Positions 1 through 13,014 of a stretch of 64,000 bases of DNA are shown one piece after another; the stretch's first letter is position 1; the number at the start of each line of letters is the position of its first letter. The DNA is from Felis catus (lineage: Eukaryota). The notes beneath the pieces were generated by a model, which did no database searches, was not told where the DNA came from, and saw nothing but the letters and a program-made list of their open reading frames with translations. The stretch covers positions 80,230,001 through 80,294,000 of the forward strand of contig NC_058368.1 of NCBI RefSeq assembly GCF_018350175.1, written 5' to 3'. The position numbers were made by a program, and so were the translations under genes.

Positions 1-104
1 CGTGGGCACTGAACACAATTACCGCACGCCTCCCCGCACCCTCCGGAAGTAACGACTCACGAAACACCCTGCTTTCAGGCTGGCCTCTGCCTCTCTGCAT
101 TCCG

Positions 105-410
105 CTATGGACCGAATGCTTGCTTCCCCCAAGACGCAGATGTTGAAGCCCAGACCCCGCCCCTCCCCGTGTGACAGCCTTTGGAGGTCTGGGGGTGGGG
201 TCCTCATGATGGGATCAGTGCCCTTACGAGGAAAGAGAGACCGGAGCTTGCTCCTTCCACCATATGAGGACACAGTGAGAAGGTGCGGTCTGCAAGGCAG
301 GAAGGGGCCCAACCAGAAATCGGATCTGGCCCCCCCACCCGGACCTCTGGCATCCAGCCCCCACGGCTGCGAGAGGTTAAGGGTCTGCGACGAGCGGCCC
401 CAGCTGGCTG
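105..410 (+). mobile_element. Degenerate MaLR LTR (MLT1A-like)
   Basis: Typical segments gtcctcatgatgggatcagtgccctta and tgaggacacagtgagaagg. Confidence 0.6.
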
Positions 411-424
411 AGATACTCCCACTG

Positions 425-599
425 TTTTTTTAAGTTAATTTATTTATTTTGAGAAAGGGAGAGACAGAGAGAAAATCGCAAGCAGGCTCCGCGTCACCAG
501 CATAGAGCCCGACTCCGGGTTTGAACCCACGAATCATGAGATCATGACCCGAGCCGAAGTCAAGTCAGACGGTTAACCGACTAAGCCACCCAGGCGCCC
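425..599 (-). mobile_element. CAN-SINE
   Basis: Reverse-complement tRNA-like head (gccacccaggcgccc) and T-rich tail. Confidence 0.85.
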
Positions 600-721
600 T
601 GAAAGACAAGTACCTTAAGCTCACAGCCACCTCCCAGGATCCCCGGCAAGGGGTCCACCAGCAGTGAAAATAAAGTCTAAATCAACACAGACTCCACACC
701 AAGGGTCTTCCTATAATCCTT

Positions 722-727
722 TTTAAT
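722..727 (-). terminator. Probable RAB20 polyadenylation signal ATTAAA
   Basis: ATTAAA on the minus strand ~490 nt after the stop, followed by a GT/T-rich stretch (ggtgtggagtctgtgttgattt). Confidence 0.55.
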
Positions 728-1216
728 AATACGCACACTCATACGGCTGCACCCACGTCGAAGCTGGGATTCCTGATTGCGTAGAAGCTAACATGTCCAG
801 AATCATCGTGATACCTCAGGACACAAGTACCAAATGGTAGGACCCAGGAGGCACCGATGTCTGAGAACAACATAAGAGTGGTGCAGGGGCCACGCCGGGT
901 GCCCTCCAAAGCCCGGCCACGGCCTCTGGCAAGGCCGGGTTGTTAGGGAAGAGGCAGCAGGGGACAGCGGTCTCTGGGCGTCTCAGCTCAGAAGAGTAGT
1001 TTCTGCAGGGGATTCACTTGTCCCCCACCTCCCGGCACAGTGACACAGACCGAGGGACCGTTCCCAGCGGCCGCAAAACCACCAGCTGGCGTTGGCCCCG
1101 GGACCTCCTCCTGGTGTGCGGCCCCACTAAGGAACACGCTGGGCTCCACCCGCCCTCCGACCGCGCTGGTCATCCCCTGGCCGATCGTGTACCCCGGGGC
1201 TCGGCGCCCCCATGCA

Positions 1217-1749
1217 TCAGGCACAGCACCCAGATGGAGTCTGTCCGGGCGTCTTATAACTGGTGATGTCCACGGTCTGCGGCGGCCCCTGGGCTCTCTG
1301 CCGCGAGATCACAGGCACCACCAGGTCGAACAAGGTTTCAAACAGCAGGTCCACGTTGTGCCCGGTTTTCGCACTGGTCTCAAAGCACATCTGCTCAGCG
1401 GCCGGCACATCCTTCTCGTCCAGCATCTTGTACTTCAGGATCTTTCTATACAACGCCGCCGCGTCCTCTGGCTGCACCTGCCTGGGCGCTTTGGGCGCTC
1501 CGCCGCCACGCCCAGCCACCCCAGGGCCCCGCCCGTCCTTCCGCTGGTCCTCTGCAGCCGGCTCCTCGACGAGGTCCACCTTGTTCCCCACGATGGCAAA
1601 GAGGCAGTCAGTGCTGGCTGTGTCCGTCAGGCCCAGGAACCTGTCCTCCAGCTCCAGCAGACTCTGCGGGTGGTTGACGTCGTAGATGAGGATGACCGCG
1701 GTCGCTCCCCGGCAGTACATGGAACCCAGGCCGTGGAACTGCTCCCGCC
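1217..1749 (-). CDS. RAB20: RAB20 coding exon 2 (533 nt incl. stop; GREQFHGLGSMYCRG...SGCCA*)
   Basis: Pyrimidine tract plus CAG acceptor at 1750; NKVD and ETSAK motifs; C-terminal CCA prenylation motif; TGA at 1219-1217; spliced CDS 705 nt = 234 aa. Confidence 0.97.
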
Positions 1750-1898
1750 CTGGCCGGAAGAGGAAAAGAGACATGCAGGTTATCTCTCGTCCGAGGTCGG
1801 CAACCCCAGAGGGACGATGGAGCCGTACCCCGAATGCAGGTGTGGCTGGAGCTGGGCCTGATCAAGACACTGGCATGCACAAAAAAGTGAGCATCCCT

Positions 1899-2367
1899 AG
1901 GGGCGCCCGGGTGGCTCAGTCGGTTGAGCATCCGACCTCGGCTCAGGTCAGGATCTCGCGATTCGTGAGTTCGAGCCCTGCCTCAGGCTCTGTGCTGATG
2001 GCACAGAGCCTGGAGCCTGCCTCGGATTCTGTGTCTCCCTCTCTCTCTGCCCCTCCCCTGCTCATGCTCTGTCTCTCTCTCTCTCTCTCTGTCAAAAATA
2101 AATAAACACCGCGGCGCCTGGGTGGCGCAGTCGGTTAAGCGTCCGACTTCAACCAGGTCACGATCTCGAGGTCCGTGAATTCGAGCCCCGCGTCGGGCTC
2201 TGGGCTGATGGCTCAGAGCCTGGAGCCTGTTTCTGATTCTGTGTCTCCCTCTCTCTCTGCCCCTCCCCCGTTCATGCTCTGTCTCTCTCTGTCCCAAAAA
2301 TAAATAAACGTTGAAAAAAAATAAATGAATAAATAAATAAATAAACACTAAAAAATAAAATAAAAAG
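1899..2367 (+). mobile_element. Two nested CAN-SINEs (younger copy ~2110-2348 inside the tail of the older)
   Basis: Two heads (1899, ~2110), two CT tracts; aataaataaacac duplicated on both sides of the inner copy. Confidence 0.9.
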
Positions 2368-2489
2368 AAGTGAGTGTTCAGGCCCTCAGGGACCTGGGGG
2401 CACCACCCCCTGCTCTGGAACGACAGCTGTTGGACCTGCTGTTACAGGAAGCCTGGTCTCCAAAGGAAGCTTTGAATTTTACTGCATGC

Positions 2490-2688
2490 ATTTTTTTTTT
2501 TTAAGTTTGTTTATTTTGAGACAGACAGACACAGCATGAGCAGGGGAGGGGCAGAGAGAGAGGGAGAGAGATTGAGAATCCCAAGCAGGCTCCACACTGT
2601 CAGTACAGAGCCCGAGGCGGGGCTCAATCCCGCGAGCTGTGAGATCAGGACCTGAGTTAGATCGAAAGCGAGCCCCCCAGCCGCCCCT
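2490..2688 (-). mobile_element. CAN-SINE
   Basis: Target-site duplication (TSD) tgcatgcattt on both sides. Confidence 0.88.
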
Positions 2689-3493
2689 GCATGCATTTAA
2701 ATCCAGTATTCAGAGAAAGGGTCATGGGCTCACACTACCTGGTAGAAAGGGATCCCTGACAAAAAAGAAAGGAAGAACTTTTGGCCCGGGGGGTCTCAGG
2801 AGCATGGGCTGAAGGCAGGTTGTTACCTACACACGTATATTCACATAAAGCACATGTCCTCTGCCAATAAACCACTGTTTTCATTCAGCTAAATGAGCAA
2901 AGAAACACAACCAATTGCCACCCCAATCCCCAGTTATTCTGAAATGGCCTTGACTGCCTCACTTTAAGTTCCGGGTGGAGAGCAGCCTGCTGAGAAAGAC
3001 GGCGTGAACCTACACCTGACAGCTGACTTCCCCTCGCACAGAGCCAGACCCAAAGCCAGGGCTCCCCTCTTGTCCAGCAAGGCCCCACATGTCCCCCCAA
3101 AATGATCCGGAGGGGGAGGGGCGGAGAAGGTGCCGCCCAGGCCCGGTCGGGCAGGGGCTGGAGGGACGTGTCCCGCCCTGCAGAGATGCTGAAGGTCAAA
3201 GTGATGTGCCAGAAAGCAAGTTTCCCAGGGCCGCCTGCTGACCAGCGGCGTGTGCTCTGGAATCCAGCACCCACAGAACCGCCTTCCTGCCCGTGAGCAT
3301 CAGCACGACGTAGTCCTGACACAGATCGTCTCATCACAAGTTCCCGTGAAACGACGCCCCGTGCCAACAGGCAGAAACTCAGCTGTGCTCTCCCGTCGCT
3401 TTCTGGACCCACCCTGGGAGACGATGGTCAAGAAGTCTTTAAAAACCAACTTTAAAAATGGCAACAGCAGGCATTAGTTAAAAAGAAAAGAGA

Positions 3494-3935
3494 GGGGCGC
3501 CTGGGTGGCTGTCGGTTGAGCGTCCGACTTCAGCTCAGGTCATGATCTCGTGGTCTGTGAGTTCAAGCCCCGAGTCAGGCTCTGGGCTGACAGCTCGGAG
3601 CCTGGAGCCTGCTTCATATTCTGGGTCTCCCTCTCTCTGACTCTGCCCTCTCCCACTCATGCTGCCTCTCTCTGTCTCTCAAAAATAAATAAACACTAAG
3701 AAAAATTAAAAAAAAAAGAGAGGGGGGGGCACCTGGCTGGCTCAGTCGACTAAGCGTCTGACTTCAGTTCATGATCTCACGGTTCGTGAGTTCAAGCCCC
3801 GACAGTTCAAGCCCTGTACCGACAGCTCAGAGCCTGGAGCCTGCTTCGGATTCTGTGTCTCCCTGTCTCTCTGCCCCTCCCCTGCTCGCACGCTGCCTCT
3901 CTCTCTCAAAAATCAACAAACATTTTCAAAAATGT
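3494..3935 (+). mobile_element. Two tandem CAN-SINEs
   Basis: Heads at ~3494 and ~3724, each with a CT tract and A-rich tail. Confidence 0.88.
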
Positions 3936-6900
3936 ATAAACAAAGAAGAAAAGAAAGAAATGCTTCCCCACCATCACCACTGACGAGGACTCTCCTTTCA
4001 GACGCTAATCGTCTAGAACGATCCGGGCATCGTGAGGTCTTCCAGCAGGAGAGGTGACCAGCCCCACATGCCAGAGCCCACAAGGCCGACGAGGGGAGAG
4101 TGAAGGGACATTCCAGTTATCCCGGGGGGACCGTCTGTCCGTCTGTTACGCACTTCACTGGGGACAAAAGGGCAACTGTGTTTGAGCCCATGCCGAAAAT
4201 ACTTTTCCTTTCCAGACAAAAATGTCTGATTTGCCTTTAAAAAACTAAAAAAGTAAATAATACGGACACACCAAGAAAAAACTCAGAGTAACGAAGGAAG
4301 TAAGAATGGAAGAATCCCAAACGCTAGCCTGAAAGGAGAGGAGACCAGAGCTGCTGTTCCGATCACCCCACCGCTCGCCCAGGAGCCAACGCAGACAGAG
4401 TGTGGCGGCCTGGCACCCAAAGAATTTTCGAGTGAGCGGTTTCTGCACCCGAAATCCTTACATTCTGGCTTAGACACAATCCGCGGCGGGTAGGCGGTCA
4501 CAAGAGTGCGGTGCCCACACGGGCACGGGGTAGTCGCACCGGGAACAGAGGTTCTGAATTTAGCCCTGGCCCAGGGCCAGCGGGAGCCCCGGCATTTCCG
4601 GCATCCAGACACAGCAACGATAAAGGGGTGGCTCCCTAAGACTCGGCCTTTGAGAACTGGCTCTGTGAGCCTCGCACGGTGTTTGAACTCCAGACCTCGT
4701 AAGTTTTCTGCAGGTCTGTGACCGCAGCTGGGCTGTGAGGTCAGGCTCCCGTTAACACATGGGAAACACCTGCTCCAGGCCTACGTGGGCGGCGCACAAG
4801 CTCCCCTCCCGTGGCCACCAGGAGGGTGTCTCTCTCTCTCTCACCCACTTGCCCCAGCCTGCGTCCCTACGCCAGCTCCACAGCCGAGGCTCTGGGAAGC
4901 CCGGGAGTTTCCTCTATTTGGCTCACACTGAGGAACTAACAGCCCTGTGGCCCGATTCTGGGGACGCCTGGGAAGCGGCTGACCTGTGCCAGCCAAGGGG
5001 GGTGCGGGTCAGCGAGGGCCAAACCGCAGGCCAGGTGGGAAGCCAGGCTGCCGGGCTTGGAGTGGCCCCGCCAGACCGCCTGCCAGCGAGCTGGAGGCAG
5101 GAGTCCGGGGAGGGGCCCAGCCTCCTACGCCTCCAGGAAGCGGCCAGGGCTGCCCCTGCCGTGGGGGTCCGCAGGGGCTGGGGGCCGGGAGCGCGTGTGA
5201 TTGTCCGGGAATCCTGGCTTGTCCGTGAAGCAAATCACTCCCGTTCGCCCACATACTCACATAATGCAGACCCTTTCTTTTTTAAGGCTGAATAATCTTC
5301 CATTGTACGCACAGACACGTGTTCTTTATGCATTCATCTGTCAAAGGACATTTGGGGTGTTTCCATTCCTTAGGGACTGCGAATAATGCTGCAGGGAACA
5401 CAGAAGGGCCACAAGCCAGTCACGGGACAAATACCGGTTGGTGGACTCCAAGTAGGGGTCGGTGGCAGCCAGGACCTGGGGGCAGGGGAGAGGGGGAGGG
5501 GCAGTGACCGGGAGAAAGTGGGGTCGGCATGGGGACAGTGGACACAGCCACGAGGTCCTCCCAGCAACCGCACAAAGGGGGCCTCCCCCTCTCCCCATTT
5601 TACAGAGGGAGAAACTGAGACCAGAGAGCACAGCAAGGGGCCCACGCACGCAGGAGCCGGGAGCCCAGGTACTGGGCAGTCTGTGGTCTAACCAGCCGTG
5701 GGAGAGCCTGGCTCCAAGCACAGACTGTCCGCACTCACAGCCCCACAGTGTGACCCTGGGCAAGTAGCTGGGCCTCCGTTCCGATCGCTGGAACGCGGAC
5801 AGTCCCGCCAGCGGGCGGCCGTGCAAGAGGACATAACCAGGACAGGAACCACCTAGACGTGCACCTGCTCCCGCCAAGCCCCGCGTCGGTGCTGCTTAAA
5901 TAGACGGAGGGTCAGAGCCCTGCCCACCCAAGGATAAACACCTTCCCAGGCCCCCGCATCCTGGTCTCTTCATCAGCACATCTACAGACTGTCTCCGGGG
6001 CCTGTTGGCCACTCTGGCGGCCGACCAGTCCCCTACCCTGTCTTACTGACCAGCCTTACTTTCAGAGATGGCCTTCTCCCGTTCTGGGGTGCCTCGTCCC
6101 GTAGCTGCCGCGCGGGATCAGCGGAGCTTTTCCGCCCAGCAGCAGCCCCGGGGACACAAGTCGGCGAGCGGCCCACGGGGGTCCCAGGCAGCCTCTGGAC
6201 CACAGGACACAAACTGCTCCATTGCTTTCGTTTTTATTTGCAGCCGTCCTCGGGCCAGGTGACTGCCCGCCCCCTTTACCCTGAACACGGTCTCGTTCTT
6301 GCTTCCGCGGTCGGAAGCAACTGAACGCATGGTGTGGCCGTCAGAAATCACGCTGCGACGCGGGCTGCACGTTTGAAACATGTGCATGTACTGCTTCATT
6401 AATTCCAAAATGATAGTGATGCTCGGGCCCCTCACCCCAGAGCCCGTAAAACAGGATGTGACAGGGGGATCGGTACCAATATCCTGTCAGAAGCTCCCTG
6501 GCACATGTGACGTGCAGCCAGAGGTGACAGTCAAGTAAAAGCCAGTCACTAACATGTGAGAATCAGAAAGCTGTTTCTTTTTTCTTTTTCTTTTTTTTTT
6601 TTTTTTTAGTTTATTTATTTGTCCTGAACGGATTGTGAGCGTCGTTGGAGAATGGCCCGTGGAAACAGCTACCCCCAGGAATGTTCACAAAAGCACAGAC
6701 GTTTAAAGCTCTTCTGGTGCAATGAGAAAAAGGAAGCACGTGTCCTCCCGGGCTAAGAAGAGGGCCTGGCCATCTGGGGCCAGCGCCGGGCACAGCTGCC
6801 TCTACAATATATGCGCACCAAAGACCCAAGGACACTTCATCCAGGGACCCACTGTCCACACAGAGGCACAAGTCTGCCATCCCCGGAATACCTGTGTGTG

Positions 6901-7093
6901 GTTACCTTGGCCACAGGCCGTGCTGTCCAGTTACATGGTCCAATGTCAGTGTACATGTTGCCATGAAGGTATTTTTTGAGATCTGCAATCCACTGACTTT
7001 AAGTAGATCGCCTTCCGTGACTTGGGTGGGCCTTACCCAATCAGTTGAAGGCCTAAGAGCAAAGACCGAGAGTTCCTGGAAAGAAAGGAATTT

Positions 7094-7300
7094 GGGGGCT
7101 CCCGGGTGGCTCAGTCGGTGAAGCATCTGACTCCGGATTTCGGCTGAGGCCATGACCTCACGGTTCGTGGGATCAGTCCCCGCGACAGGCTCTGCGCGGA
7201 CAGCATGGAGCCTCTTTGGGATTCTCTCTCTCCCTCTCTCTGCCCCTCCCTTGCTCGTTCTGTCTCTCTCTCAAAATAAATAGATAAACTTAAAAAAGTA
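7094..7300 (+). mobile_element. CAN-SINE
   Basis: Head gggtggctcagtcgg; TSD-like aaaggaatt. Confidence 0.85.
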
Positions 7301-9586
7301 AAAAGGAATTCTCTCGGCTCACTGGCCGCTTGTCCACAGGAAAAGGGGAAGTGTCCTGAAAGGGGTTTCCAGCAGTGGCGAGGGTCGCCGTGACCCAAAG
7401 GGCTCACCTCTTCACTGAGGACGGTCCGCCCCACTCCCGGGCCCCACCGCCTCCCTCGCTGCACGTAGACCCAGCAGGGGAGCCCCTGTGCTGCCTGTGA
7501 GACAGAGAGCACACCCACAAACACACCAGCCTCCTGCCTGGGTTTCAACACCCGAACAGTAAACACGGGAAAGACAGGGTTTCCAAAGTCGGGATCCAGA
7601 ACACCTTCATCCGGGACGGGGATGCAACCGGGAATTGCAAGCCGCCCGGTGTGTGGCAGCCACAGGACTCGGTCCACGGAGGCCACGGGGCCACGGGCCG
7701 AGGCCTCGCCTCTCACAGAGGCCAGGAGTCACAGACGGAACCAAAGCACACCCGCGTGCGGGGGCCTCTCCCGCCCCCTCCATGCGCAGGAGAAAAACTG
7801 GGCATCTGTGCCCTGCAGTGGCCCACGGCAGAGAAGCGGACGGGAGGGCTCCGACGGCAGTGACCGCACGTGCCCCAGCCCATGCACACGCAGTGTCCCC
7901 AGCAAGGTCAGCAAATCTGCCGGCTTCCTGAAAACACGTCCCGCAGCTGAGCCCGACCAGACGCTGCTCTGGGAAGGACCTCGGGCCTCTGATCTGATCG
8001 ACCGGAGAAGGAGTGCACACCCCGGTCCGGCTGCCCGTCTTGCTAGAGAAACTCGAGAAAGAAGAGGGGGTAACCGCCGAGACACTAATGCTTATCCACC
8101 CTGAGGCACCACGAGGGAAGCGGTCCCGACACCTGTCGTCGGACGCACACGTGACCCATCCGAAGAGGGTCAGGTCAGGAGACGGAGACCCCTTGAGTGG
8201 GGGGCTGCTTTGGCCGCATGTTCTTCAGGCCCGTATGCGACAACACAGGGTATTAACCTCCAGCAGCAACACTGTCACAGCACCTACCTCTGTGGGCACT
8301 GCACACAGCCCGCACACACTCGGTCACCTTGCGGGCACCGCACGCGGGCAGGGGCCACAGCCATCAGGGTCCAGAGGCCCCGCTCCCAGGAGCCAGCTCC
8401 AAATCCTACACGAGCATGGCTCAGGGGGAGGCTCAGGTTCGAGAAAAGAATGCCAGTGTTTCAAAATCTAGAAGAAACAACGGGTTGATTTCTGTCATCT
8501 TCTTATCAGAAAGCGAGCAGCCCCAAAGAGGCCAGGTAAGCACAAAAAGTGAAACACCGGCATCTGAAGAACTGGCTTCCCCGGGGGACAGATGCTCCCT
8601 CCCAGCCAGGCGGCAGTGTGGACGGGTGGGAATGAACCGTCTGCCGTTCTCAGACAGACGGGACCACCGCGCGCTGTGCGTCCAGGCCCTTCCACGGGCA
8701 GGGCGAAGCCCGGTCTCGCTCACACGTCTGCTCACAGAACCTCCCAGAAACTGCAGGGAAAGACCGGAGCCAATAGCCATCAGCTGGACATCAAAGAGTA
8801 GGAATTTAAAAGGAAAAAAAACCCACTCCATATTAATGGGGTTTTTTTTCTGCCAGGAGGAAGAATTAAAAGCCCAACACCAAGTAATAAATTACACCAA
8901 CAAAAGAGGGGATTAAATAACATTTTAAAGACAAAGACCCGAGCCTGTTACAGGAGGCGTTTTCCTCTTGTCCAAACCCACGATGATTTCCAACTAATAG
9001 AATAACAACATATGGGGCACAGGAAGGGTGTTTCAGAAAAATGAATTTGTTTACACACGTTGTGCTTTTACCCAAACCCGCACGCGTGTCATTTCTGTTG
9101 TTTCTGTTTGATAATTTGAAGACTCAACCAAAAACAGCGAACGTGTCATATGCCCAAGTGAACCAAATAATTAATTGCACCTAAATTAATCCTCTGTCTG
9201 TGACTCACCAACTGGGCTTTCTGAAATAACTACTAAGGTTATATAATAATAACTAGAGCTTAATTCTCAAATTACCTCACTCTCCTCCGACAGGAGTGTA
9301 CTAAAAATAATTCAGCAATAAAACCAAGTAATTCAAATAAAGATATGATCTTTAGCAATCTAATATTACAAAAAAGAGGCAATTCCAAAGAAAATACACT
9401 TACGTAACAGATTTAGCTTTTAATAAAAACCTCTCACATACCAACATATTTAATCCAATCTCTTTTACCTCCAACAGATATTCTGTTGTCCTGTGATAAT
9501 TAACTTAGAGTGAGATTAACAAAGAAAAATTCAATTATTTGCTAAATTCTCTACTTATTAAAGCAGGGGACTAAAATCATTTCAGA

Positions 9587-9804
9587 TTTTTAAAAAATTT
9601 TTTTAACATTTTATTTTTGAGACAGAGAGAGACAGAGCATGAATGGGGGAGGGGCAGAGAGAGAGGGAGACACAGAATCTGAAACAGGCTCCAGGCTTCG
9701 AGCTGTCAGCACAGAGCCCGACGCGGGGCTCGAACTCACGGACCGCGAGATCATGACCTGTGCTGAAGTCAGACACTCAACCAACTGAGCCACCAGGCGC
9801 CCCC
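9587..9804 (-). mobile_element. CAN-SINE
   Basis: TSD atttcagattttt. Confidence 0.9.
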
Positions 9805-10414
9805 ATTTCAGATTTTTTAAAGCAAGTTTTAACTTGTTTCAAAGTCGAGACTCAACTGCAAACAGCGTATGAAGAAAACTCTTTAACTTTATAGAGAGCT
9901 TTCTCGAAATATCAAGTTATCTAGAATAGCCTCTTATCTAGAGTAGCCCATTCAGTAAATACCCCAGTTATGTCTAACAGCTCTGCGATCCAGAACAACG
10001 TTTTATTCTTCTCCGTAATATAAAGTCCTCTGAGAAATACACAGCAGAGAACAATTGCTTTTCTGTTAATTCCATCCCGAGGGAAGCACATTAAACCTTT
10101 TCTGAGCAATTCTAAGGAATCCAGATAGATGTTTACAGCTAGATGTTTACAAGGTCTAGCTATCTCTTGCTCAACAGATTGGGTATGTTCTCACAGAAGT
10201 CCCTGGAAAGTACATTATTCATTGACAGATACCGTAAACCAGAAATGCCTTCTGCGGATGGCGGGTCAACCTGGGAGTTCCTGGAAATTATTTCACCCAT
10301 GGAACGGTGCAAAAGCCCTTTGAAATCAATCACATTGAAATATGTTGTTGGAGCTCATTTAATATTTAAATAGAATATTATAGTGTACATAAACGTAAAA
10401 CTTCTAAATAATTA

Positions 10415-10640
10415 CTTAGAACAGTCAAATTCATAGAGACAGAACACAGAAGGGGGGCCACCAGGGCCAGAGGGAGGGGGCCTGGGGCTGGCGTTTAATG
10501 GGTACTGAGCTTCAGCCGGGAAGAGGAGAACGTTCTGGAGATGATGGTGGCTGCACAACAATGGGAATGTACTCAGTGCCACCAAGCTATATACTTGATT
10601 AAAGTGATAAATTCTGTTCTGTGTATTTTACCACAATAGA
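10415..10640 (+). mobile_element. Old L1 (L1MB-like) 3' end
   Basis: caaattcatagagacaga ... gttctggagatgatggtgg ... tattttaccacaat. Confidence 0.7.
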
Positions 10641-10650
10641 AAAATTGTCT

Positions 10651-10872
10651 GGGGCACCTGGGTGGCTCAGCCAGTTAAGCGTCCGACTTTGGCTCAGGTC
10701 ATGATCTCAAGGTTTGTTGAGTTCGCGCCCTGCGTCAGGCTCTGTGCTAACATCTCAGAGCCTGGAGCCTGCTTTGGATTCTGTGCCTCCCTCTCTCTCT
10801 GCCCCTCCCCTGCTCATGCTCTGTCTCTTTCTCTTTCAAAAATAACTAACCATTAAAAAAAAAAAAAAAAGG
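10651..10872 (+). mobile_element. CAN-SINE
   Basis: TSD agaaaaattgtct. Confidence 0.9.
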
Positions 10873-11717
10873 TTTTAAGAAAAATTGTCTATACTTAGAG
10901 AAAGAGAGAGGATAGGTAGAAAGAGCATAGGTAGATGACAGAGATGGACAGAGACATAGAACTGTACGTAAAACAAAGCACCTACTAAGAACACCGGAAA
11001 ACCCAAATGGCCGAATCCCTGCCTGTCTGTACCTTCACAGCTCATTTCTGCAGTAGCTGCAGCAAACACAAAGTAATTCTTGTCCACCTGGAACAAGAAT
11101 CACCTGGTGATGTGGTTTACATGCAGATTCTGATTCAAGAGGTTCGGTGGGGCCTGGATTCTGCTGGATTCTTCCAGCCCACAGACCTCCCTCTGGGAAG
11201 CAAGACTGTAAAGCCTTGAAGGATCTAGGGCAGCTCTCATCAACCCAGGACCAGATACAGTTTTAACCCAACGATGCAACTCAAACCTGCATTTGCCATT
11301 TCTACACTCCACCCCTCCAGTGCCTTCTCCTGAGACTCTGCACCCGGTCCTAGTTCCCCAGGGGGAGGGGGGAGAGGGTTGCAGGGGGTTCAACCCAGGA
11401 AAGTTGAAAGGCACCACTCACCAAGAGCTTCACTCTTGAGCAGCAGGGACCTGGACTACACGGTAACCAACCAGAGTTTATCAGATTAGAAAAAATTCGG
11501 TTTGGAATGTGCTTCCGCAGCTGCTGTGGAAAAGGTGCAGAGCTAAGCAAGTAGGTCAACACGCTTTGAAAAGTGGGAACAAAGTGTCCCCAGACGCTCT
11601 ACAATTGCAGGGGACCACACTGCTACTTCACAAGGCACTGTGATAGGTGAATCACACACTCTTCCCAGCTACTCATAACGCAAGATCCTCACAGCAGAAG
11701 AGTTCCAGTTAGGATAG

Positions 11718-11916
11718 AGGGTGCCGGGGAGGCCCGGTTGGCTGAGAGTCCGACTCTTGATTTTGGCTCAAGTCGTGATCTCGTGGTTGTGGGTTTGAGC
11801 CCTGCATCAGGCTCTGCATTGACAGCGAGGAGCCTGCTTGGGATTTTCCTCTCTCTGCCCCTCCCCCTGCTCGTGTGCACATGCACTGTCTCAAAATAAA
11901 TAAATAAACTTAAAAA
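11718..11916 (+). mobile_element. CAN-SINE
   Basis: Head, CT tract and AATAAA-rich tail. Confidence 0.85.
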
Positions 11917-12149
11917 GATAAGTTCTAGTTATGATATAAACTCAGGAAGCATTTAAAACATCCTCCACTCAGTCTGGCTTCTCATGGTTTAGGAGAACTG
12001 CTTCCTCTGTGCTCCATTATTGACACAGGGGCCTCAGTGTCCTCACCAGTGTCCTTGATTCTGCTAACCAAGTCTCACTCCCTCTGAGAACTGCTGTGAG
12101 AGCAGTTCAAACTTCGATGGAGATTCGCTCCAAGTGCAGGCAGAACATC

Positions 12150-12695
12150 TTGTGCACGCGCAGGCATGCACATATGCACACACGCACACGCACACGCACA
12201 CGCACACACATGCACACATACACCTACATGCATGCACGCACATGCGCCCACACGTGCACGCATGCACATGCATGTATATACACACGTGTGCACGTGTACA
12301 CCTACATGCACACGTGTGCACATACATGCACACATGCACGTGCATACACTTACGCGTGTGCACGCACACACACATGCACACATGCATGCACATAGACATG
12401 TACACCTACATGCACACACGCACATGCATGTTTATACGCCCTTGTGCACATGTACACCTACCTGCACACACGCACATGCACATACATGCACATGTGCACG
12501 TGTACACACTTATACGTGTGCATGCACACACACATGCAGGCATGCATGCACATAGACACGTACACCTACATGTGTGCACACGCACAAGCATGTGCGCATA
12601 CACACGTGCACACACATGCGTGCATACACACGTGCATGCACACATACACGTACACCTACATGCACTCACACGCATGTACCCACACATGCACACAC
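12150..12695. repeat. Degenerate alternating purine-pyrimidine (CA/TG/CG/TA) repeat
   Basis: ~545 bp almost entirely of RY dinucleotides. Confidence 0.95.
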
Positions 12696-13014
12696 GGGCA
12701 CTTTGTTCTCCTCACTATCTGGGTGCCCATTTCACAGATCTGGAAGCAGAGGCCCAGAGCGCTCACACAGCTGCTCAAGGGCCCCCAAGAAGTCAGCCGC
12801 TCCTAACACCAGCAGCAGAATGAATGGTCTGTGTACAAAAATGCCAGGCAGTAAGTGTTTGAGCGGCAAGGGCAGGCCTCTAAATTCTGTTAGGAAAAGC
12901 ACTAGGATATTTGGTCAAGCACTTTTTTAAGCAATTTCTACTCTGAAACATGTTAAAAGGCAATTTTCAGGGAAGGGCAAAATCATGACTCCCAAACAGA
13001 TAAAAAAAAAAAAA

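Noticed and set aside
1040..1861. 273-aa plus-strand ORF
   Set aside because: Antisense shadow of GC-rich RAB20 exon 2; non-ATG start and no recognisable domain
12064..12930. His/Thr/Cys/Met-rich ORFs resembling metal-binding proteins
   Set aside because: Translation artefacts of the (RY)n repeat
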